Source of the DNA: Candidatus Fraserbacteria bacterium | GTDB lineage: Bacteria > Bipolaricaulota > Bipolaricaulia > RBG-16-55-9 | Direction of reading: 5' to 3' | Length of the DNA: 20,980 bases | Assembly (NCBI GenBank): GCA_037442925.1 | Contig: JBBIPG010000038.1 | Location: 1-20,980, forward strand | In this document: piece after piece, positions 1 to 7,563 of the stretch | Layout of the letters: every line of letters starts with the position of its first letter | Position numbering within the stretch: position 1 is the stretch's first letter | Position numbers and translations under genes: made by a program | Notes under the pieces: model-generated | Told to the model about the DNA's origin: nothing | What the model saw: only the letters and a program-made list of their open reading frames with translations | Databases searched by the model: none

Positions 1-146
1 AGTGGTATTGAAACCATTGGTGACTGTGGTCAATGCAGGCGGGATCAACCCTTTTAATCGAACCAGAGTGGTATTGAAACCTCACCTCGATCTCGCGGAT
101 GAAAGACCCCTTGACTCTTTTAATCGAACCAGAGTGGTATTGAAAT
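1..146 (+). CRISPR. CRISPR array, trailer end (continues off the left edge); 30-bp repeat CTTTTAATCGAACCAGAGTGGTATTGAAAC
   Basis: Partial repeat 1-14, full repeats 51-80 and 117-146 (last base C>T), unique 36-bp spacers 15-50 and 81-116. The 3' ATTGAAAC end is typical of type I-B/III repeats and implies + strand transcription; cas4/cas1/cas2 lie downstream. Confidence 0.97.
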
Positions 147-192
147 TAGAACCAGCAGTAGAGTAATCTGGTGTTGAATGGGAGGTATACTC

Positions 193-429
193 GTGGCTCA
201 ATCGGTATTGATTGAATTAGAGCTTCCTGATGATCTCTCTCGCTTAAAGCTGCCTCCCGCGCTCAACGAGCGCCTGCAGGCACTCCTCGATAAACAAGAC
301 CGAGAAGGCACGCTCACTGAACAAGAGCGCCGGGAAGCCGAAAGCCTTGTCGAGCTGGCCGAAATGCTTTCCCTCCTGAAACTGCGAGCACAACAGGCTT
401 CCAAACAGCGCCCCTCCAATGCCTCGTAG
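193..429 (+). CDS. Small helical protein (78 aa), putative antitoxin/partner of the downstream HNH nuclease
   Basis: GGAGG RBS at 181-185 precedes GTG at 193 (the ORF track starts at 178). Leu/Glu-rich helical sequence (LQALLDKQ..GTLTEQERRE..LVELAEMLSLLKLRA); overlaps the HNH start by 11 bp. Confidence 0.8.
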   Translation: MAQSVLIELELPDDLSRLKLPPALNERLQALLDKQDREGTLTEQERREAESLVELAEMLSLLKLRAQQASKQRPSNAS

Positions 430-841
430 TCCGATTCCCTCACACCTTCGCCAGCTTGTCATCGAGCGGGCAGGAAAGCGTTGCGAGTACTGCAGACTAT
501 CTCAAGAAGGGCAAGAAGCCACTTTTCATGTTGACCATGTCCACCCGGTTGCCCATGGAGGCCGAACGGAGCTGGACAATTTGGCCCTTGCCTGTGTCTC
601 CTGCTCCCTGCGAAAAGGAGCCCGCAAATCTGCGATCGACCCTCAGACGGGAGAGCAAGTACGTCTCTTCAACCCGCGCCAAGATCGCTGGGACGAGCAC
701 TTTGTTTGGACAGAGGATGTTGTACTTACCGGCCTAACCCAAATCGGCCGAGTCACTGTTGAGGCGTTGGGTTTGAATCGCCCACTCATTCAAGCGATCC
801 GGCACGTGGAGATGGAGCTGGGACGCCACCCACCTTCGTAA
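419..841 (+). CDS. Stand-alone HNH endonuclease (140 aa)
   Basis: RCEYC...FHVDHVHP..GG...DNLALACVSC..KG zinc-bound HNH core, followed by LFNPRQDRWDEHF. The last Asn of the motif is replaced by Ser (CSLRKG). Confidence 0.93.
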   Translation: MPRSPIPSHLRQLVIERAGKRCEYCRLSQEGQEATFHVDHVHPVAHGGRTELDNLALACVSCSLRKGARKSAIDPQTGEQVRLFNPRQDRWDEHFVWTEDVVLTGLTQIGRVTVEALGLNRPLIQAIRHVEMELGRHPPS

Positions 842-864
842 TCGAACCAGAGTGGTATTGAACT
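835..864 (+). CRISPR. Isolated, degenerate terminal CRISPR repeat
   Basis: TTCGTAATCGAACCAGAGTGGTATTGAACT; 24 contiguous bases (839-862) are identical to the array repeat. Confidence 0.93.
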
Positions 865-870
865 CCCGAC

Positions 871-895
871 AGCTAACAGCTATTAGCTGATAGCT
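871..895. repeat. Short 7-bp-period repeat (AGCTnnn x4)
   Basis: AGCT at 871, 878, 885 and 892 (AGCTAAC AGCTATT AGCTGAT AGCT). Confidence 0.55.
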
Positions 896-1084
896 CTCAT
901 CCTATTGCTAAGCCGCTCTTCCACCTGAGCCAGCGATTCTTCCGTTACCCCCATTCGACTCTCAACGTCATCGGCAGCCTCCCGAAGCGCTTTCTCATCT
1001 TGTATCGGCTCTCTTAGGCGAATCGACTTGCAGCAGGTGCCGTGGAAACAATAAGGTGAGGCGGCCACAAAGAGCGTTAAGACC

Positions 1085-1597
1085 ATGGACAGAATCCAAC
1101 AAGGGTCACTGAGCTACACCGGCACCCAAGTGAACTATTACCTCGTCTGCCCGAGAAAACTCTGGCTCTTCTCCCACGACGTTACCATGGAGCATACTTC
1201 TGAGCTCGTCGAGCTGGGCCAGCTTCTCCACGAAACCAGCTATCCACGAGAGCGCAAAGAGATCCAGATCGAGCGCATCAAGATCGACTTCTCCGGCAAA
1301 GAGGGCACCATCCACGAAGTCAAAAAAGGCCGCAGCCTCGAAGAAGCCCATCGCTACCAGCTGCTCTATTATCTTTACTACCTCAAGCAGAAGGGCGTTG
1401 ATGGCATCAAAGGCGAGATCGACTACCCCAAACTCCGAAAGAGAGTAACTGTTGCACTGGCTCCCAACGATGAACACGAACTCGAAGAGATCCTTAAGAA
1501 CATCAAAGGCGTTCTCATTCAGACGCAGCCGCCGCCACGTCTCGATAAGCTTTCGATTTGCAAGAAGTGCAGCTATTATGAGCTGTGCTATGTATGA
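1085..1597 (+). CDS. cas4: CRISPR-associated protein Cas4
   Basis: CPRKLW, LLHE, KIDF, HEVKK, YQLLYY and C-terminal CKKCSYYELC (RecB-like nuclease with four Fe-S cysteines); directly upstream of cas1. Confidence 0.97.
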   Translation: MDRIQQGSLSYTGTQVNYYLVCPRKLWLFSHDVTMEHTSELVELGQLLHETSYPRERKEIQIERIKIDFSGKEGTIHEVKKGRSLEEAHRYQLLYYLYYLKQKGVDGIKGEIDYPKLRKRVTVALAPNDEHELEEILKNIKGVLIQTQPPPRLDKLSICKKCSYYELCYV

Positions 1598-1618
1598 TGG
1601 AGGATGAGGTGTATCCTA

Positions 1619-2617
1619 ATGGCGCGACCCTACTACATCTTCAAAAGCGGAACGCTGCGCCGTGAACAGAATACCCTCTATCTGGAGAACGAAGAGGGAA
1701 AGTGCCCCATTCCCGTCGAAGACGTGGATTCGCTCTTTGTGTTTGGCGAAGTGTCGCTTAACACCAAGCTCTTGAGCTTCCTGGCTCAAAACGGCATCCC
1801 CGTCCATTTCTTTGACTATTACGAGAACTACACCGGGACGTATTATCCCCGCGAGCAGCTGGTGTCGGGTTTCTTGCTCGTCAAGCAAGTCGAGCATTAT
1901 CTCGATGCCAAAAAACGCATGGTGATCGCCCGCGAGTTCGTCTCGTCAGCCATCGATAACCTGCTGCGCAACTTGAAATACTACAAGCATCGAGCCCCAG
2001 AGGGCGAGAGACTGGAAGCGATCATCGCCGACATCGAATCCGATCAGAAGCAGATTGACCTTGCAGAAGACCCGCTGCAGCTTATGTCGATTGAGGGCCG
2101 GGTGCGCGATCGCTACTACCAGAGCTTCAACGTGATCCTTCAGCTCGATGAGCCTTTTCGGAAGCGGGTCAAGCGACCGCCGGACAATCCCGTCAACGCA
2201 TTGATTTCGTTTGGGAACGCGCTGCTCTATCGCACGGTGCTCAGCGAGATCTATCGGACGCAGCTGGTGCCTACCGTGAGCTATCTGCATGAACCGGGCG
2301 AGCGGCGTTTCTCGCTGAGTTTAGATATAGCAGAGATCTTTAAGCCTTTGCTGGTGGACCGGACGATCTTCAAGCTCGTCAACAATCGCATGTTGGGTGA
2401 AGATGATTTCGAGCGGGAGCTCAACTACTGCTATCTCTGTGACTCGGGGCGCAAGACGTTCGTGCAGGAGTACGAGAACAGACTCCAGCAGACGATTGAG
2501 CACCGCAAGCTCAAAAAGCACGTGTCTTATAGACACTTGATTCGGCTGGAGTGTTATAAGCTTGTGAAGCACATCTTAGGGGAGGAGCCGTATGGGGGGT
2601 TTCGCATGTGGTGGTGA
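1619..2617 (+). CDS. cas1: CRISPR-associated endonuclease Cas1, type I-B-like
   Basis: YYIFKSGTLRREQNTL start, LMSIEG, RVKRPPDNPVNALISFGN, SYLHEP..RRFSLSLDIAEIFKP, C-terminal FRMWW. ATG 1619 follows a GAGGTG RBS. Confidence 0.97.
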   Translation: MARPYYIFKSGTLRREQNTLYLENEEGKCPIPVEDVDSLFVFGEVSLNTKLLSFLAQNGIPVHFFDYYENYTGTYYPREQLVSGFLLVKQVEHYLDAKKRMVIAREFVSSAIDNLLRNLKYYKHRAPEGERLEAIIADIESDQKQIDLAEDPLQLMSIEGRVRDRYYQSFNVILQLDEPFRKRVKRPPDNPVNALISFGNALLYRTVLSEIYRTQLVPTVSYLHEPGERRFSLSLDIAEIFKPLLVDRTIFKLVNNRMLGEDDFERELNYCYLCDSGRKTFVQEYENRLQQTIEHRKLKKHVSYRHLIRLECYKLVKHILGEEPYGGFRMWW

Positions 2618-2635
2618 GGGTTGCTGAAATTGGCG

Positions 2636-2687
2636 TTGGCTGACCGGGTAAGTTTTTTCCATAATGAGTAAGGAATCTTATCCTTAC
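2636..2687 (+). promoter_or_regulatory. Putative promoter and autoregulatory operator of the AbrB-PIN module
   Basis: TTGGCT (2636-2641) / CATAAT (2660-2665), then the palindrome GTAAGGA-N6-TCCTTAC (2668-2687) just before the AGGAGG RBS. Confidence 0.6.
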
Positions 2688-2706
2688 AAGAGGAGGAAGA
2701 GCGCCT

Positions 2707-2934
2707 GTGACGATGGCTAAGCTGACCAGTAAAGGGCAGATCACCATTCCCAAGGAAGTGAGAGAAAAGTTGGGCTTGGCGCCTGGGGACAGGGTGGAAT
2801 TCATTGAGGAAGAAGGGCGCTTTGTGCTGCAAAAGAAGCTGCTGCAATCCCCGTTTGCTCGGTACCTGGGGTATCTCCAGCGTAAGAAAGGAGAAGACCC
2901 CGATGAGGTCGTCAAAGAACTGCGGGGCCACTGA
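2707..2934 (+). CDS. AbrB/MazE/SpoVT-family antitoxin
   Basis: AKLTSKGQITIPKEVREKLGLAPGDRVEF signature; its stop overlaps the PIN start (TGATG). The start could instead be ATG 2713. Confidence 0.93.
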   Translation: MTMAKLTSKGQITIPKEVREKLGLAPGDRVEFIEEEGRFVLQKKLLQSPFARYLGYLQRKKGEDPDEVVKELRGH

Positions 2935-3554
2935 TGATCACCGCGATAGATACCAATATTCTGCTGGACATCTTGATTCCCAATGCCCGCTATGCCGCAG
3001 CGTCCCAGCGGGCGCTCGAAGAAGCTCTGGCCGAAGGAGCCTTGGTGATCGGCGAGGTTGTCTACGCGGAGTTGGCTTCGCAGTTTCCGAGCCCGCAAAG
3101 CCTGGAGCGCTTTCTAGCCGATGCTCAGATTCGCTTAGAGCACGCGCCGCCGCAGGCTCTACAGAAAGCTGGAGCTGCGTGGAAAGCGTATATGAGAGCA
3201 CGCGGAGGGAAACTACGCTGCCCTCAATGTGGAAGAGAGCAGCAGGTTAGTTGTGTGAGCTGCGGGGAGACGATTGCGGTGCGCCAGCACATCTTGAGCG
3301 ATTTTCTAGTGGGGGCTCACGCTTTCGTGTGCGCTGATCGGCTCTTGATGGGGACCGCTATGACAACTAAGCCATATATAGCTGAGCTGCATGACATCGG
3401 CAAGTTGGCTGATCGAGAAGCTTTGGAGAAAGCTGGTTTGGACTTAAAATCCATCCGCCACACATATCAAAAATTCCCTTTCAAGCAACATGGCCTTACC
3501 GAGCCTTCTGCTCCTAGTTGGTGGGGACAATGGTCGGAGAGTATCAAGAGTTAG
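2934..3554 (+). CDS. PIN-domain (VapC-like) toxin with a Zn-ribbon insert; C-terminus apparently frameshifted and fused to an HD-motif fragment
   Basis: AIDTNILLD, VVYAELA, CPQC..CVSC, ILSDFLVGAHA..ADRLL. The expected TRD motif appears only in a shifted frame. Confidence 0.85.
   Translation: MITAIDTNILLDILIPNARYAAASQRALEEALAEGALVIGEVVYAELASQFPSPQSLERFLADAQIRLEHAPPQALQKAGAAWKAYMRARGGKLRCPQCGREQQVSCVSCGETIAVRQHILSDFLVGAHAFVCADRLLMGTAMTTKPYIAELHDIGKLADREALEKAGLDLKSIRHTYQKFPFKQHGLTEPSAPSWWGQWSESIKS
3360..3554 (+). pseudogene. Remnant N-terminus of an HD-motif protein (possibly Cas10/Cmr2-like)
   Basis: In-frame ATG at 3360, MTTKPYIAELHDIGKL; lower GC than the PIN part; stops after 64 aa. Confidence 0.5.
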
Positions 3555-3562
3555 TTAATCTA

Positions 3563-3606
3563 ATTCACCTAGTGAATGATTATCATTCATGATGTGAATA
3601 ATAATA
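3563..3606. promoter_or_regulatory. Tandem 22-bp repeat of palindromic sites upstream of cas2
   Basis: ATTCACCTAGTGAATGATTATC / ATTCATGATGTGAATAATAATA (15/22 identical); perfect TGAATGAT-T-ATCATTCA at 3573-3589. Confidence 0.5.
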
Positions 3607-3700
3607 CAGAGGGTCTTTCGGTCAAGTCCGCGGCGCGAGTGGGTGGTAGCCAGGCTCGTTGCTATCATCTCTTCGGTAGGAGGCTCATCCTCGAATCAAC

Positions 3701-3964
3701 ATGTACATCATCTTGGTCTACGACGTCGATCAGGAGCGCGTAGCCAAGGTCTGCAAGTTCCTCAGGCGCTATCTCCATTGGGTGCAGAACTCCGTCTTCG
3801 AAGGCGAGCTCACCGAGGCCAAGCTCGAACGAGTCAAAAGCGGCCTCAAGAAGTTGATCGACGCAGAGACGGATTCGATCTATCTCTACAAGGTCCGCGA
3901 TGAGAAGTGGATCGACAAAGAGATCCTGGGGCAGGAGCTAAACCTCACAGACACGATCATCTAA
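3701..3964 (+). CDS. cas2: CRISPR-associated endoribonuclease Cas2
   Basis: MYIILVYDV..RVAKVCKFLRRYLHWVQNSVFEGELT..DSIYLY, 87 aa. Confidence 0.97.
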   Translation: MYIILVYDVDQERVAKVCKFLRRYLHWVQNSVFEGELTEAKLERVKSGLKKLIDAETDSIYLYKVRDEKWIDKEILGQELNLTDTII

Positions 3965-4048
3965 ATAGAGTCTGTTAACGAATTCAGTTGACAACAGCGG
4001 GGTGTGGCATAGTAGACTGCATGAATCACCGAGAGTAAAGGAGCGAAC

Positions 4049-4867
4049 ATGCGGACCAAAAACATCCTTCTGGTGGGGTTAGTTGCCTTGCTCGTAAGCG
4101 GCCTTGTCACAAGCAGCGCCCTAACACAGCAACAAAAGATCGAAGTGACCGTATCCATCAGCAACGTGTGTAGCCAAAACGTGTTGACCATCCAGCTCAT
4201 CCAGCTTTCCAGCGGGACCAGCATCGACTTGCAGACCTTCCTGCCGGGTGAACAGATCAGACCGGGTGAAACAAAGGACTTCACACGAACACTCGCTTTC
4301 ACTCCCAGCCGCATGACCATACGCGGACTGATCGATGAGACGGGTTTCAGTGTGACATTCGATCCACTCGCATTGAACGCAACGCTTCGCGACAATGGCG
4401 AGGCCAGAGGCTGTCTACAAGTCATCGTCAAGACCGCAGGTGGAGGCACAACCCAGCCACCCACAGGACAGAAGCCGATCGCGGAAGGCCAAAGCCTTGA
4501 ACAAGTGCTCGGTGCCTTGCAAGGGTTAGGAGTGAGCGTAAGCCAAGAGGGCAGTCAAGCCAACCCCAAGTTCCCCAATGTGGATGATCCAATCTTTTTG
4601 CGCGCCATAGGAGGGTTCAGTGCGCAGCTTCTCTTCGTCTCTTCTCCGGGGACACTTCGCAGCGTGATCACCTGGGGTAGTCCCGCTGTCGATTTGGACC
4701 TCATCGTGATTGGCTTCGGTTTCTGCTTCCAGTTGAACCCGGCCGGCATCTTGGCAGAGACGTGTGATCGGGCTCCGTTTGGGCCTGTGCCTGGGGCCGT
4801 CTTTGCCGTGATCATCATCAACTGGTCAGCCGTTCCTCAAGCGTACGTGCTCTCGCTGTCGTCGTAA
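4049..4867 (+). CDS. Secreted hypothetical protein, two beta-rich domains
   Basis: AAGGAG RBS; signal peptide MRTKNILLVGLVALLVSGLVTSSA; GGGTTQPPTG linker; C-terminal VITW...VDLDLIV motif resembling PPC/YfaP-type domains. Confidence 0.8.
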   Translation: MRTKNILLVGLVALLVSGLVTSSALTQQQKIEVTVSISNVCSQNVLTIQLIQLSSGTSIDLQTFLPGEQIRPGETKDFTRTLAFTPSRMTIRGLIDETGFSVTFDPLALNATLRDNGEARGCLQVIVKTAGGGTTQPPTGQKPIAEGQSLEQVLGALQGLGVSVSQEGSQANPKFPNVDDPIFLRAIGGFSAQLLFVSSPGTLRSVITWGSPAVDLDLIVIGFGFCFQLNPAGILAETCDRAPFGPVPGAVFAVIIINWSAVPQAYVLSLSS

Positions 4868-4880
4868 TCGTTTCTAAGCC

Positions 4881-4935
4881 TAGAAATAGAGAGAGGGCCA
4901 TCGACAATCGTGCGTGTCGACGGCCCTCGTTTCTA
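4881..4935. terminator. Probable bidirectional terminator hairpin between convergent genes
   Basis: GAGGGCC-A-TCGACA (4893-4906) pairs with TGTCGA-C-GGCCCTC (4915-4928); outer arms TAGAAA / TTTCTA. Confidence 0.7.
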
Positions 4936-4952
4936 CTCATCGGCGAGATCGC

Positions 4953-5147
4953 CTAGAAACGTCGCCTTGGGCCACGTGGGCCACCGGAAGAACGCCTCTG
5001 CTCTCGTGCGCATTCGCGACAGTATACGGGGCGATCACCGGACGGCTGGAAAGGCAATTCGGAGATCTCCGCGCCACAACTGGCGCACTTGAGCCCTAGA
5101 TGTCGGACATCCACCATTCTCCGCTGCTGAAAGGCCACTCTTGTCAC
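4953..5147 (-). CDS. CxxC-x17-CxxC zinc-ribbon protein
   Basis: CASCG..ELPFQPSGDRPVYCREC with an Arg/Gly-rich tail. The start may be the GTG at 5138. Confidence 0.88.
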   Translation of the reverse strand: MTRVAFQQRRMVDVRHLGLKCASCGAEISELPFQPSGDRPVYCRECAREQRRSSGGPRGPRRRF

Positions 5148-5348
5148 CTTCTTTCCGTTGAAAATCGGGGCGACTTTGAATTCATGGGCCTATTCGGCAG
5201 CGTGAGAAAGACTCCCGCTCTGCATCGGACCCCATCAAAATCGTCCATATGAACTATACTACCATGTCTGGACCTCGCAAACCAAGTCGTCGTAGATGCC
5301 CCTTGGGTTTGGCCGCTCACTTTGTGTATGATAATGCCATTTACCACT

Positions 5349-6917
5349 ATGATGCGAACCGAGCCATCGCTCAGAACAGCACTAGAGCTGCACGGAATCC
5401 GCAATGTCAAACGGGTCCATTGGAATTTGTCTGTTCCGGCACTCTACGAGCAGATCGTAAGACGTGGCGAAGGGCAACTGGCTCAAGGAGGAGCGGTCGT
5501 CGTCCGTACCGGAGTTCATACCGGCCGTTCTCCCCAGGATCGGTTCATCGTTCGTGAGTCCACGACGGAAGATCAGATTGCCTGGGGGTCCGTGAACCAG
5601 CCCTTCAAACCCGAAGTCTTCGATGCTCTCCACCAACGGGTGCTCCAATATCTCGAAGGCAAAGAGCTTTTCGTCCAGGACCTTTACGTGTGCGCTCACT
5701 CGGAGTATCGTATGCCCATCCGGGTGATCACCGAACTCGCTTGGCACAACCTGTTTGCTCACAACCTCTTCATCCGCCGCGAGCTGCCTGAAACTCCGCA
5801 TGTCTTACCGGGGTTCACTGTGCTGAGCGTCCCCAATTTTGCCGCGTCCCCGGAGCGCGACGGCACGCGATCGGAAACATTCATTATGATTCACTTTAAG
5901 AAGAGACTGGTGCTCATTGGCGGCACCCACTATGCGGGAGAGATAAAGAAATCCGTCTTTAGTGCCTTGAACTTCCTGCTCCCTGTGCGGGGAATCTGCC
6001 CCATGCACTGCTCCGCCAACGCAGGCCCTGAAGGCGATATCGCTCTTTTCTTTGGCCTCTCGGGCACGGGGAAGACGACGCTTTCTACAGATGGGGAACG
6101 GCGACTCATCGGTGACGATGAGCACGGCTGGTTCCCCGAAGGCGTATTCAATTTTGAAGGCGGCTGCTACGCGAAAGTCATCGGAATCCAGCGGGAACAC
6201 GAACCGGAAATCTATAGGGCTTGCCAACAATTCAGCACAGTACTGGAAAACGTGGTGATCGATCCCGAAACCCGCGAACCCGACTTTGCCAGCGATGCGT
6301 TCACGGAAAACACCCGCGCTGCCTATCCCATCACGCATCTAAAGAACTACGTCCCTTCGGGGCTGGGAGGGCATCCGCGATCCATCTTCCTGCTGACATA
6401 CGATGCGTTTGGAGTGCTACCGCCCATCGCAAGACTCACCGTGGATCAGGCCGTGCAGTACTTCCTTCTGGGGTATACGGCCAAGGTAGCCGGTACGGAG
6501 CGCGATGTGAGGGAACCTCAAATCACGTTCAGTTCTTGTTTCGGTGCGCCGTTTCTACCGCGACCTCCTGCCTCCTACGCCCGGATGCTGCGCGAACGCT
6601 TAGAAGAGCACAAAGTGAACGTGTGGTTGCTGAACACTGGGATCACCGGTGGGCCGTACGGCGTAGGGAAGCGGATACCCCTCGCGCAGACCCGTGCGCT
6701 CGTGCGAGCGGCACTGGGAAGCACTCTGGAACGGACAGATTTCACCAAAGACAAGGTCTTTGGCTTACAGGTGCCTATACATTGTCCCGGCGTGCCAAGC
6801 GAACTGCTCCAGCCCCGCCGATGCTGGAGTGATCCCAAGGCCTATGACGCCCAAGCTCAAGAACTCTTCGCGCGCTTTCAACAAGAGATGAAACACTTTG
6901 ATGTAGGGTCCTTGTAG
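5349..6917 (+). CDS. pckA: Phosphoenolpyruvate carboxykinase (ATP)
   Basis: [55 protein letters not shown]. Start at 5349 or 5352. Confidence 0.97.
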   Translation: MMRTEPSLRTALELHGIRNVKRVHWNLSVPALYEQIVRRGEGQLAQGGAVVVRTGVHTGRSPQDRFIVRESTTEDQIAWGSVNQPFKPEVFDALHQRVLQYLEGKELFVQDLYVCAHSEYRMPIRVITELAWHNLFAHNLFIRRELPETPHVLPGFTVLSVPNFAASPERDGTRSETFIMIHFKKRLVLIGGTHYAGEIKKSVFSALNFLLPVRGICPMHCSANAGPEGDIALFFGLSGTGKTTLSTDGERRLIGDDEHGWFPEGVFNFEGGCYAKVIGIQREHEPEIYRACQQFSTVLENVVIDPETREPDFASDAFTENTRAAYPITHLKNYVPSGLGGHPRSIFLLTYDAFGVLPPIARLTVDQAVQYFLLGYTAKVAGTERDVREPQITFSSCFGAPFLPRPPASYARMLRERLEEHKVNVWLLNTGITGGPYGVGKRIPLAQTRALVRAALGSTLERTDFTKDKVFGLQVPIHCPGVPSELLQPRRCWSDPKAYDAQAQELFARFQQEMKHFDVGSL

Positions 6918-6942
6918 GGTGGCTGTACGGGTAGTGTCGCTG

Positions 6943-7383
6943 TTATTCCTCTGTCATGCGCACCGTCATGACGGGGACGTTGGCGGAGCGCACGACTTCT
7001 TCTGCTACGCTTCCTAGGAGCACGCGATTGAGCCCACGGCGTCCATGAGTGCCCATCACAATCAAATCGATGCCATGTTCTTGCGCATAGTTGAGGATCA
7101 CCTCAGCAGGGTGACCCTCTTGAATCGCTTCTTCTACGGATAGCACTCCCGAAGTTCGAATCGTCTCCACGGTCTCTTTCACGATCTGTTCGCCCGCCTC
7201 GTGCAGGGTCTTGAGAACGCCCGCCAAGGCAATACCGGTGCCGTATTCCTGAAAGCGCGGAGGCTCTACCGCAAACAACACATGGATCTTCGCGTCGAAT
7301 TTCTTGGCCAAAGCCACGGCGCAGTTGATTGCTTCTCCAACTCCCTGGGAGCCATCGGTGGGCAACAAGATATCCTTAAACAT
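6943..7383 (-). CDS. Universal stress protein (UspA family)
   Basis: ILLPTDGS, GHPAEVIL, DLIVMGTHGRRGL...LGSVAEEVVR. Confidence 0.96.
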   Translation of the reverse strand: MFKDILLPTDGSQGVGEAINCAVALAKKFDAKIHVLFAVEPPRFQEYGTGIALAGVLKTLHEAGEQIVKETVETIRTSGVLSVEEAIQEGHPAEVILNYAQEHGIDLIVMGTHGRRGLNRVLLGSVAEEVVRSANVPVMTVRMTEE

Positions 7384-7563
7384 GGCGGACTCCTTTCACG
7401 GCTGCGCCAGGATATGGTATCACTACACGTTGGCCCATGCAATCGAGAGGATTTCCGTCCTGACGGAGATCATTGACCAATCAGCGCACTTTCTATAGCC
7501 TGTACGTCAGGCAACCCCATACTCACAGAACGATATCCATAGACGACCTGGAGGGATAGCTAG

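Noticed and set aside
15..116. Self-targeting by the two visible spacers
   Set aside because: By eye only short matches (about 9 bp or less) occur in the window, as expected by chance; a real search is needed.
419..841. HNH as part of Cas9/IscB or a Cas5/Cas8-HNH fusion
   Set aside because: It is a stand-alone 140-aa protein with its own start and stop; there is no RuvC or Cascade subunit sequence.
865..1084. CRISPR leader between the array and cas4
   Set aside because: Repeat orientation (3' ATTGAAAC) and degeneration of the right-hand repeats mark this as the trailer end, and the region is not AT-rich.
5144..5557. ORFs in the divergent region before pckA
   Set aside because: No motifs or RBS, and they overlap pckA or its promoter region; likely spurious.
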